This document shows, piece after piece, positions 25,381-37,900 of a stretch of DNA of 64,000 nt. How positions within the stretch are numbered: the stretch's first letter is position 1; the number at the start of each line of letters is the position of its first letter. A program made the position numbers and the translations under genes. This DNA comes from Tubiluchus corallicola (lineage: Eukaryota > Animalia > Priapulida). The notes beneath the pieces were generated by a model. That model had not been told where the DNA came from, searched no databases, and saw nothing but the letters and a program-made list of their open reading frames with translations. The DNA lies in the NCBI GenBank assembly GCA_030141605.1, contig JAQGDQ010000967.1:10845-74844 (forward strand), read 5' to 3'.

Positions 25381-28300
25381 GGATAGATAGATAGATAGAT
25401 AGATATAATTTTAGTATAGCTACAGTTAATGTATCATGAAAAAATAGTAAGTAATATTATTAATATTTACATGTTAGTACTTTTTACTTTTTTAAAAAAC
25501 ACTTAAAATGTGATGGGCTATAAAAATCTTATATGCATTATTATAAACACGCAGAAATATCAAAGTTGAAAGAATGAATCACGGAAGCCAGGAAGCAAAA
25601 ACACATTGCGGCGTGGGAGAGATAAACTATATTCACGGACAAATTTGTTTTGCTGTTGTACGTAAGCGAACTTGATACAGTTAGTATGACATCAGGTACA
25701 GTACACGCTGAGTGATTACTACGCCACAAAGTTCAAGGTCACGCTGGTGACGTCACGGGCGCTGCGGCTTGCCGCGTGTTGCTTAATGTGTCAATTGAAT
25801 TGAATTTGCGTAGGTGTACGTCAAGTTTTCTAGTCTGTCACTACAATAATATTTCTACTGACTAGTGTTTTTATCACGTTGCGTAATTATGTCTGCTGTA
25901 TTTTGTATTTGTTCTTCTATTTTGTTTTTGTATTTTTGTAAATGTATTATTTTGCCATGTTACGTGATTGTAATTGTGCTAATAAAGCTGAATTGAATTG
26001 AATGATAAATACGATCTGTGTTGATCCTGGCAGCGAAATTGCGACTGAAAGTAGATAATGATAGAAAATGAATAAAATAGTTGCTAAATTAGTAAGAAAC
26101 TTTTCCTGATCGACTGCTTCTGATCTGACAAACATTTGGCTAACTAAAATTTTTCAAACTTTCGAGAAGTTTCCCATTAATTTACTTTAAATTCATTAAC
26201 TCTTGATAAAGATATGGTTTAAAGCAAAACCGGATCCAATCTTAAACTGCAGGTCAAAACAATCTACTTTTTAAAATATTGAAAGTAAACTTGCTCTTCA
26301 AAAATGACTTACGGGAAACAATTATTATCACAAAAACACAATTTCACGTTCACGCCACTAGTTCTTCGCTGTTACATGCATTTTGTCATTCGCTAGTTAT
26401 ACGGGCACTAGCGCCTGTATTTCTGAAATGCATTGCACTAAAACAGATGCTGTACCTCTCAGTTCAGATGTGTTAGTTTGTGACGAACTGCACACGTTCC
26501 ACAGCCCATACGTGAGCACAGCAGTAAATTTGAAATTTGAATTTTTATTTTAAAACTCATCTAGTTTTAGTAGAACACACTGAATATCTTACAGTAGCAC
26601 CGTACTTCAATTTTCGCTTTCACAAACACGTGCAACATACTCGTGGATTATTCTTGCTGTTGAAAATTATGTTAGTTTGTGATGTCATCAGTAGTTGGGC
26701 TCGTCCACCGTTAATTAAGCTTTAATCTATTATATAATTATCAGAAGCGCTTTTGCAGTATTAATTGTGTTAAAATGTATACTGTTCATCGGATTTGAAA
26801 ATGAGGTAGTATGTGAAAAATTATCCTGCCTTCCTTTAATCATGTTATCGTCACAGCTTGTCGCTTTACTCGACTGTGGTAAAAAATCACTGAATCGCTT
26901 TTTTATGCGTAAGTGTATTTTGTCTTGATTTTGTTGTTAAAGTCATTTATGAAAAATGTTTCTCTGCAATTAACATATTTGGCTGTTTTAAAATGCACAA
27001 AATTTAGATCTTGCTACAGTTCGGACGTACCGAGGATGCGCTTTGATCGTTGGTAGAAAAAGTTTCATGAACAGCACGCGTGTACATGGTTTGTGCTTTT
27101 GCTGTGCTGGCACGCCACGGAGTCTGTTGCTACCTTTGAGTGGCACGCTTCAGAGAAAAAAATGGTGCCTGGGCGGTGTGTGATTGTTGACATTACAATC
27201 AAGTCTGGAGTAATATTCGCTTGTATGATAATGTAAACTATGTGTAATGTCACCGTGATCAAATTAACTGATGATGTTATCTGAATCGTGCTACAATTTG
27301 ATGTGCAATGTACAATACAAAGAGGCGTCTGCCTTGTTAGCCTTTTCACCTTTCCTATCTTTCGACTTGGGTGTTGAGATTTTATTAATTTGGGTTTTTT
27401 TTCCATCATTAATGATAATTTTGGTATTAACATTGGGGCTGTGGAGTTGGAGTTGTTAAAATTTGGGTTTTAGCTGTCTGAGTCGGGACTCGGGAGTACA
27501 CTTATTGTCGCAGGAATCGTTGTTAGAGTCGGTAATAAATAGACGAACTCAAACTCCACTTACTTTTAACATTTAACGCATTTATGCTTAACGTTCCATC
27601 TTGAGATGCTTTCGTATTTGCGTGTATGCAGCTAGACTGTTTTTCAAGCATAAGAAGTAATGTTGAAATGCCACTGTAGCTAAATATTGAGAGTACTACA
27701 AACTATTATTTAAACGTGCGAGTCGGAATTAGGAGTTGGGGCTCCAAAAAATTTAGGTGTCGGAATTGGATCTTCTAATATTCTAGGAGTCGGAGACAGA
27801 ATCAGGAGTTTAATGTACGGACTCCACAGCCCCTAGTTAAGATTATAATTATAAATTTCAGCGCAAAAAACTTCGCCCGTTTTGGAATTGAACTTAATCA
27901 TACATTTGGTATGCTTATTTATTGTGTCTGATTCCCGTATGTTTTTCGTCCCTTGTAAAATAGTTCAACGAAACGGTTCCATCATAAAACAGCTAGTTAA
28001 ATACATTCAGGTTTTCCCTGTGGCTTCTTCTCTGTGGAATACCCCATCAAATACTGTTTCCCGGGAAGTACAAATGTGCTCCGTTCAGTAAGAACAGATC
28101 TGTGCTTCTGTTGCTAACATATTAGTGGGAATTTTTCCGGGACAACACGACTCGTGTTGAATTTTTCCCTTTTGGCTTCTTATCTGTGGAATCCCCGAAG
28201 AAATATTGTTTCCCAAAATCAAATATTGATTCCTAGCGCTCACTGCAGTAAGAAAATATTATAACTGGTGCTGTATATGAACGAAGCACTTAAAAATCAT

Positions 28301-28592
28301 CAAAGATCCCAGGATCACATGAAAATGAAATCAATAAAAACTACATTTAATCACAGTAGTTATAAGAGCTAATTATAAAATCGTACACGTAAATTTTTCC
28401 AAGTTAAATGCTATTAAATTCGTCAGTTCATCAAATTTGTCTCTAATCCCTGTTGCTTTGGCAAGTTTAGGGCAGCAGTGTCAGTTGGTGTGTTGGGTTC
28501 TATTGTTGATCAGCAAATTATCATATATTTATTTACTTACTGACTGGCTGACTGACTTACTTATTTTCTTACTTACTTATTTATTTATTTAA

Positions 28593-28623
<31 letters not shown>

Positions 28624-31600
28624 TATATTTATTTACTTACTTATTAGCTTGTTTATTTATTTACTTATTTATGTATTTGATTTTGTTTATGTATAATTTT
28701 TATTTAATGCCATTTCATTTATTTCACAAATGAAATGGTCAAACGAAAAGAGGTCGTTGTTACATACGCGTAGAAATACAGTAAATTGCAAGTGCAATAA
28801 GAATCTAATGCACCCTATTCGTCATCTAAGTTTATTTGAATAGACAGCAAACTAGTAGTGCAGCAAAAAACTAATGCACATAGTTAAGTGACACTTGATG
28901 AATGTACTGTTATATATTTTTGACCCCTACATATATATATATATATTTATATGTGCACATGTATTGTGTGTGTGTGTGTGCGCGCGCGCGTGCGTGCGTG
29001 AGTGAGTGCATGAGTGAGTGTGTGTGTGTTTGTGTATATGTAAATAATATATTATATATAAATATATATATTATTATAATTATAATAATATATTATGTTA
29101 TTTGACCAACCAGCCAACAGGTCATTCGAAGCCATTGTTACATATTGAAATTGCTGGGAACTTTTTTCTCTTTATCGCTTGTTGAATAAGTAGAATTGTT
29201 TCAATTATGTCTAGTGTATATAGTTTAGGAAACCGGAATAAAACCTTGTGTTACAGAATCATACCAACATTGTTATTCTATTGTGCATGCATTTCAAGTA
29301 TGTATGAATTGTATTGTACGCGTTCTAAGTTCGTTCTCTTTTTTGCAGTACTGCCCGAGCTGCCGTTACCGACTCCGTTGCCGTCAACGATGACCAACAA
29401 GTCGTTCTATCATCATCAGCAGGTCATGGATCAGGCACGACGACACGTGGGGTCCCGGGACGGGAACCTGGTGACTCAGGTCGCTCACGCGCTGGGTAAA
29501 ACTTCTACGGACGGCATGTAGGTTTTTGCTTAATTCACATAATCTGATTTGTTAAAGGAAAACCGGATGATTGTGTAAACATGAGTTCAGAGTAAAGAAT
29601 GTTTTAAAGTATTGAAAACTACAATGGCTTATTTTAAATCAAAGCTTACATTACACTTTCAAAGCTACGCGCGGCTCAGTGAATCTACTAAGATTGGTAG
29701 TGGCGCCTTTTTGTCACACTCGCGTAGCTGACAAATAGAAGGCGGTACAGTGACAACCATGAACATGAACTGCAGTGTTAGTTTCTGACATCACATGATG
29801 TAAAGCCCATTTTTCGTGACATCACGCGTTTAAGCAGTACTGTAACACTTACGCAAACGTGCTTGACGCTCAAGGGAAGATGCCTGCCATTGCACAAACT
29901 GTGGTTAATTTCTGATGTAAGCAATAGCTGTGTTCGGTTGCCGTTAATTAACTATCTAAGCTAATTATTCAAATATAAGAAACAATGGTTAACTTTTATA
30001 GGCAAGAAAATATACATTTTGGACAGTAAATTAAAATGAGATTGAGTCTAAACAATCGTCCGGTTTTCCTTTAAAGTCGTTCAATCTACTGTACAGATTA
30101 TGCACTGCATCGTGTCTACACATTTTCTGATTTATAAAGTGGTTTATAGTGAAACTGCATTGCGTACATATTTGCAGATCTGGTAACCATTGATTTCGCT
30201 TACTGCAGTACACAACGCCATACCTAAGCCTACTTTATTTTGTCATTCAGTGCAATAGTACACCAAAATTTTTACGGACCCTGTACATTATTTCACAGAC
30301 TGGCCGCTAGTTGGCAGGCCATCACTTTGTTTACATCACGTACATCAGTGTATAGAATCAATTGTGCGGAGTTATTTGAGTCAATTGCAGACAGTTTTTA
30401 TATACTTTTGCATAGGAGCGGCTAGTACTTAGGCGTTTTTGACACAATTATGTATCATGTATCCTTGATTGTTGTGTACTTTAAATTATGCATGAAACAA
30501 GGTAACTGATATTTTAAGTCCACTTAGAGGCTCTCTATGATCACAAAATTGCAATTTGTTGCTGCCTAGAAGCATTCCACGAGACCGTGATTGTAGCAGA
30601 AACTCTGTCTCTTACCTACTTTTACATTGCCCAGTTCTGTCTTACTTGTTTTTACATTGCCCAACTCTGTCTCTTACTTGTTTTTACATTGCCCAACTCT
30701 GTCTCTTACTTACTTTTACATTGTCCAATTCTGTCTTACTTACTTTTACATTGCCCAATTCTGTCTTACTTGTTTTTACATTACCCAACTCTGTGTCTCT
30801 TACTTTTACATTGCTCAAGAAGCAGTGCATTTTAATCTTAACATCTTCATTGTAATTGCAGTGAAATGAAAGACGACTCGGCGATGGATTGTATGGAAGC
30901 CGAGATGCCCGAAATCCTGAAAATGGCTTTGCTAAAGAACTCCAATATACTCAAACATCACGGTGAGTCAAATGTTAACAGACTTCTTTATAATACTGGC
31001 AACGGTCGACTTACGACTACGATCTGTTCAAGCGGATTGGTCGTGACCCGAATTGGACCCGTACGTTAAATTGGTACGCGGAGGAAGTTGTGTGCGTACG
31101 CGGACTAACCGTGGCGGCACGTACGATGAATTTATCGAAACAGACAGGAATTTCAAGTTCATTTGTTTAGAAAAATAGAAAGAAAAATGAGTTATAGGTG
31201 GTTTTGTGTAATTAATTACGTTGCGGTCGGATCATAAGGTAGAGCAGTCGTAAATTGCGTAGATGGTAAGTCGACATACACCTGTAATGATTTCAGGTGT
31301 TGCTCATGGTGCTGTAGTTCAAACATTTAACCGAGTAATATGCGTCAGTATTGCATGCAAATACAGTGGCCGCCGCTTATTGTGGACACCTCGGGCCAGC
31401 AGTGTATGTCCATATTAAGCGGCTGTCCATATTAAGCGAAGTGACCCATGAAGACCCTTCCCCTTCATTAAAAAAGGCAAAAAACTGTCTGTATCAACTC
31501 GTCTCCTGTTTTATTGAAAAAAAGAAGTCAGACGAGTTTGTTTGGCAGGAAACTTTTCTCTCAACCTTGAACGGAAGGAAGTTATCACAGTTTCGAAGCT

Positions 31601-34600
31601 CTCAAGGCCGCGGCAAACGGCGAACTGACTGATGCAATGAATCACTCAGGCAGCAGAGCGGGAAGCTCTTTTCAATCACGCGCGCAGGCCGTGGTTGGCA
31701 CGGCTGGTTCACGTTATATGACCTTACGTTATAGGTTCGCTGTCCATATTAAGCGGCGGTTGTCCATATTAACCGGCGGATTTTATTAGGGGAAAATTCC
31801 GTCCCTCGCGAGTTGTCCACAATAACCGGCTGTCCACAATAACCGTGTCCATAATAAGCGGCGGCCACTGTAGTTTCTTTTAAGAACAATTTGTGATAAA
31901 TAATTATTAGTATTAAAATAAAACCGGTCTCAATCTTAAACTGCAGATCAAAACAATCTACTCTTTAAAATATTGAAAGGAAACATACTATTTCTTCAAA
32001 ATTGACTAACGTGAAGGAATTATTACCACACAAACACAATTTCGCATTCGCGCCACTAGTTCTTCATTGTTACATGCATTTTGCCGTGCGATAGTTAGAC
32101 GATCACTAACGCCTGTATTTCGAAATTGTTTTGCTCAAAAAACAGGTGCTGTACCTCGCAGTTCCGAGGTATTTAGTTATGTCATAGTACACAGACGTTC
32201 AAGAGCTCCTGCATGAGGACAGCAGTAAACATGAAATTTTAATTTTACACTTTAAATTTGTCGAGTTTTTGTATAACGCACTGAATGTTGCACAGCAGAG
32301 CTGTACATAAATTTTTGCTTTTGGAAATATCTGTAACACACTTGTGGAATATTTGTGCTGTTGAAAATTACGTTCATTTGTGATGTCATCAATAGTTGGG
32401 CTCGGCCACCGTTAATTAAGTTTTTAATCTATTATTTAATTATCAGAAACAGTTTTCCAGTTTTGATTGTGTTAAAATGTATATCAGACTTGAAAATGGG
32501 ATAGAATGTAAAAATCGCCGTGTCTTCCTTTAAAGTATTAGTTCATATTTAAAACACAAAAAACCCTATAGTTACACAAAGCTAAAAATTATCTTGAAGT
32601 TTTATATCATGGTGTCTTAATGCATGCAGAGCTTGTATTAGCAGTAACGCTGCGTAAAATTTGTAAATTTAAACTCCCACAGTAACCGTTAGACGCAGCC
32701 ATTTTAGCGGTAAGTCGTTTAGAACAAGTTTAGATAACATTGCTTAAAGTTTGAAAAAATAATCAGAGAGTTCGTAGCGCACATGTTGCTAATTAAGCGA
32801 AAGTTTTAATTACTTTATACTGTCCACAAGATCAGTATTACGTATTATGATGAATTGGTGACATTTCGTGCAGCACATTAGGATACATATTCCAAGTGAT
32901 GCAAATATTTTAAATATTAATAATTTTCTTTTCCCTTTACGTAAGTCTTTCAAACAAGCGTGCGTAATCCTTAGTAGGGTGAGTATTCATTGTGCACTCT
33001 TCCCTAACTAAGCAAAAATTTAAATTACCGTATCTTGTCGGTGAGACTAATAATGTATATTTTTTGGTGAATTGTTGGTTTGAACTTTGTTAACATACTC
33101 GTGTTTTCATTCTGTCCAGGCCTGAGTAATCGATTTCCGGTGTATCAGCACAACTCGGCAGACGTAGCTCCCACGTCTTCGATGAGCGATTTTAAGATGC
33201 CGACCGACACGCCGTTGCCGGCGGAAACGAAGCCGTTTGTGGGTACCAATCACAGCGCTGTTTACTCTGAACAGTCATCATCCTCGTCTTCTCATTGTGT
33301 AAATCACAACTTCCAGCAAAAGTATCCGAGTTTTCCCGCTCAAGGGCAGGGTGAGTATCTTGTGGGAAAAACGTTTTTGGTGATGATCGTGAAAAGGTCA
33401 AAGGTTAAGTGAACCAGACAGCGCATTTGTGTACACTTGACAACGCCTCGCAGCCCAAGCTATTGTAATAGTGACAGTTTTAACAACTAGCTAGAACCTT
33501 ACCTAGTTCATTTTTTCTTGTTCTCAAGCAACATCCTGCTAGTAAAGCAATCATTCTACGCACAGGCTAATGCATAATCAAGTAAAGTCTGCACAAAACC
33601 AGCAAAGTTACTGAAGTGATGCAGCAGACGGTTTTGCTTTACCAGCACGTCATGACACTGAGCCTTTGACCTACAGCAACTGTGCATGTGCGCAACCAAA
33701 CTATTGAAGAGGCTTATTGCGTTCTTGTACTATATGTAGCTAAATTTCTACTGTTTATTTCATGTAATTTGGTTTCAGTTTGGCCACACTTTTACATATT
33801 AGAGTATACGTAATATGGGTTTAAACAGGGCTCTAATTTTAATTGTTAATTTTTGTTCTGGTAGCCTAGTAAGGTTGGAGTGTCGATCATTTGCTGGTCA
33901 CTCAAATAGCATTCAGTGGACACTTGCCGTTTTGAGCAAACAATCACCCTTGAAAAGCTGTGTAAAATGCTGAAAACTGTGTCTTGATGCATTTTATTAG
34001 ATAATTATGTTTTTAAACATTAGCCAGAATGATGAAAATGCATTGAAGCTTTCGATTTTGTTAAATAGTAACACAAGGCTTGTTTGTCTTGTAGTTTTCT
34101 CAACTTTTGTTAGAGAATCACATTTGCAAGGCTTAACCAGAATGCTTAGCATGGTACCTTGTAGTTTTCAACTTTCGTTAAAAAAGCACACTTGCAAGGC
34201 TTGTTAGAATACTCACCATAGTACCTTGTAGTTTTTGTCTTTTGTTAAATAATCACACTTACAGGGCTTTACTGGAATGCTGAAACTTGTGCATTGAAGT
34301 TTTTAGTTTTTGCTGTATATTCACACTTACAAGGCTTGGCAAAATGCCGTAAGCTGTGCCTTGAAGTTAAATAGTCACACTTATAAGGCTTGCCAAAAAA
34401 GTGTTGGAAACTGGCTTGAAGTTTTCAGCTTCTGTTAAATAATCACATTTAAAAGGCTTATCGTTTTTTAACGCCTACACTTGTAAGGTTATTTTTGAAA
34501 ATTTTCATGATCCTAAATTTGTAGTGTTAATTGCAGGTACGTCATCAGCGACAATTAACGGGCAGCTGCCAACTCCTCCTACACCTTTGCAACACCAGTC

Positions 34601-34925
34601 ACCCAAGTGTTCTGTACAAAACTCCACGTTACAGCCGTTCATTAAATCAGGTACAACTTTGGATAATTACAGTAAGTCCTCTCTTAACGACGTTCCAGAG
34701 AGATGCGACGTTAAGTGAAACGTCGTTAAATGAAACCAAGACTTCCCTAGGAAGTAATGTGAAAGAATCGAGATTCGTTCCAGAATCAAAAATGAATGCT
34801 GCTTAAATCATATAAATTAAATGTTTTATCTGTTTTACTCGTCTTTCTACTGATTAATTTCTTTCTGCTTGCTTGAAGCCATCTATATATGTGTTACTTA
34901 CCTAGCTAACAGTTTCTTGAATCCA

Positions 34926-34962
<37 letters not shown>

Positions 34963-37900
34963 TACTTACCTAGCTAGCGGTTTCTGTTTAGTTAACATTT
35001 AAGTCTAGGCAGAGGTTCAACGGTAAACACTACGGCTGAGTCAAAGTCGGGCCCTGTTCAACTTAGGGAATTTTATCTAGTCTGGTTACTATGGCAACAG
35101 GTTGCAGGCAAAATTCCTTGCTCCAGGCCCCGTTCAACTTTGGGAATTTTATCTAGTCTGGTTACTATGGCAACAGCTTGCAGGCAAAATTCCTTGCTCC
35201 AGGCCCCGTTCAACTTAGGGAATTTTATCTAGTCTGGTTACTATGGCAACAGGTTGCAGGCAAAATTCCTTGCTCCAGACTCCGTTCAACTTAGGGAATT
35301 TCATCTAGTCTGGTTACTATGGCAACAGTTTGCAGGCAAAATTCCTTGCTTCGGGCCCCGTTCAACTTTGGGAATTTTATCTAGTCTGGTTACTATAGCA
35401 ACAGGTTGCAGGCAAAATTCCTTGCTTTAGGCCCCGTTTAACTTTGGGAATTTTATGCAGTCTGGTTACTATGGCAACAGGTTGCAGGCAAAATTCCTTG
35501 CTCCAGGCCCCGTTCAACTTTGGGAATTTCATCTAGTCTGGTTACTATAGCAACAGGTTGCAGGCAAAATTCCTTGCTCCAGGCCCCGTTCAACTTTGGG
35601 AATTTTATCTAGTCTGGTTACTATAGCAACAGGTTGCAGGCAAAATTCCTTGCTTTAGGCCCCGTTCAACTTTGGGAATTTTATGTAGTCTGGTTACTAT
35701 AGCAACAGTTTGCAGGCAAAATTCCTTGCTCCAGGCCCCGTTCAACTTTGGGAATTTCATCTAGTCTGGTTACTATAGCAACAGGTTGCAGGCAAAATTC
35801 CTTACTCCAGGCCCGTTCAACTTTGGGAATTTCATCTAGTCTGGTTACTATAGCAACAGTTTGCAGGCAAAATTCCTTGCTCCAGGCCCCGTTCAACTTT
35901 GGGAATTTCATCTAGTCTGGTTACTATAGCAACAGTTTGCAGGCAAAATTCCTTACTCCAGGCCCCGTTCAACTTTGGGAATTTCATCTAGTCTGGTTAC
36001 TATAGCAACAGTTTGCAGGCAAAATTCCTTACTCCAGGCCCCGTTCAACTTTGGGAATTTCATCTAGTCTGGTTACTATAGCAACAGGTTGCAGGCAAAA
36101 TTCCTTACTCCAGACCCCGTTCAACTTTGGGAATTTCATCTAGTCTGGTTACTATAGCAACAGGTTGCAGACAAAATTCCTTGCTCCAGGCCCCGTTCAA
36201 CTTAGGGAATTTTATCTAGTCTGGTTACTATGGCAACAGGTTGCAGGCAAAATTCCTTGCTCCAGGCCCCGTTCAACTTTGGGAATTTCATCTAGTCTGG
36301 TTACTATAGCCACAGTTTGCAGGCAAAATTCCTTGCTTCGGGCCCCGTTCAACTTTGGGAATTTTATCTAGTCTGGTTACTATAGCAACAGGTCGCAGGC
36401 AAAATTCCTTGCTTTAGGCCCCGTTCAACTTTGGGAATTTTATGTAGTCTGGTTACTATGGCAACAGGTTGCAGGCAAAATTCCTTGCTCCAGGCCCCGT
36501 TCAACTTTGGGAATTTCATCTAGTCTGGTTACTATAGCAACAGTTTGCAGGCAAAATTCCTTGCTTCGGGCCCCGTTCAACTTTGGGAATTTTATCTAGT
36601 CTGGTTACTATAGCAACAGGTTGCAGGCAAAATTCCTTGCTTTAGGCCCCGTTCAACTTTGGGAATTTTATGTAGTCTGGTTACTATAGCAACAGTTTGC
36701 AGGCAAAATTCCTTGCTCCAGGCCCCGTTCAACTTTGGGAATTTCATCTAGTCTGGTTACTATAGCAACAGGTTGCAGGCAAAATTCCTTGCTCCAGGCC
36801 CCGTTCAACTTTGGGAATTTCATCTAGTCTGGTTACTATAGCAACAGGTTGCAGGCAAAATTCCTTGCTCCAGACCCCGTTCAACTTAGGGAATTTCATC
36901 TAGTCTGGTTACTATAGCAACAGGTTGCAGGCAAAATTCCTTGCTTCCTGGTCTCTCTTGATGCAAACTGCTTGCATTTAGTGGTCAGTCGGAAAGCAAA
37001 AACATTATAATAATTGCACTGTTTACATTACTGGTGCATTTTTGGACAAATGTATGTATTAGTGCATTAAATTAGGTAAAAATGTTGTTGACAGAGTTAA
37101 AATTGGCTTCGAGCAAAGTGAAAAAATCGCCGTTAAAAGGAAATGTTCGTCGTTAAGCGAGAAAAGGGTGTTAAATGATCAGCGTCGTTAAATGAAACGT
37201 CACTAAATGCGGAGTCATTAAGCGAGGACTTGCTGTACTGGCGTAATGTAATCAAACGTGGTCTGTCTGTCTGTCTGTTTCTCACTTTTGCTGATTATCT
37301 TGTTTTTGTTTGTTTTGGACTTGATGTTTCACCAAGTTTTGTTTTGTTGTTTTTAGAAACTCCTCCGGACGCGAGCCAACCCGCCTTGTCAGTACCTCAC
37401 GCTAATGTTGCCGCTGCCGCCACGGCTGCCACTTCATCGTCGATGCCGAGTGCCGATGCCTACCAGCAGCACTGTGCAGGTAAGAAAGTTTTTAAATTGA
37501 AATTTATCTCGTGTCGTTCGGGGATTTTATCCTTGAGGTTGAATCAGTCTTTGATTTGCTAACGACTCCGTTAATTTCGGGAGAGTTTCGTAATCAATTA
37601 CAGGAAAGAAAATCATAAAGAAAGGGAGAGTTTCGTAATCATCGGACAGAAAAAATGAACAATTTTGAAACGAGCATTTGAGCGTAACAAATTGATTATC
37701 TTGACCTTAGCTGCTTTAATTACAACGGGTGTGCAAACTGTGGCCCGCCGAGAGATCTTGTGCGGCCCGTGCGATCCAGCTGAAGTCTGCGCCAATATCG
37801 CAACGATAGTGCGGGTAGTTTTTTCCTCTAGATCGGATGGCATCAACCCTTGCAAGACCGTTGTCACTTAATGTCACTGTCGGCCATGACGAAATATATG

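Noticed and set aside
35050-36948. CRISPR-like appearance of the regular arrays (also 4410-5205, 46098-46883, 60355-61635)
   Set aside because: Units are head-to-tail with no unique spacers, there are no cas genes, and the context is eukaryotic introns
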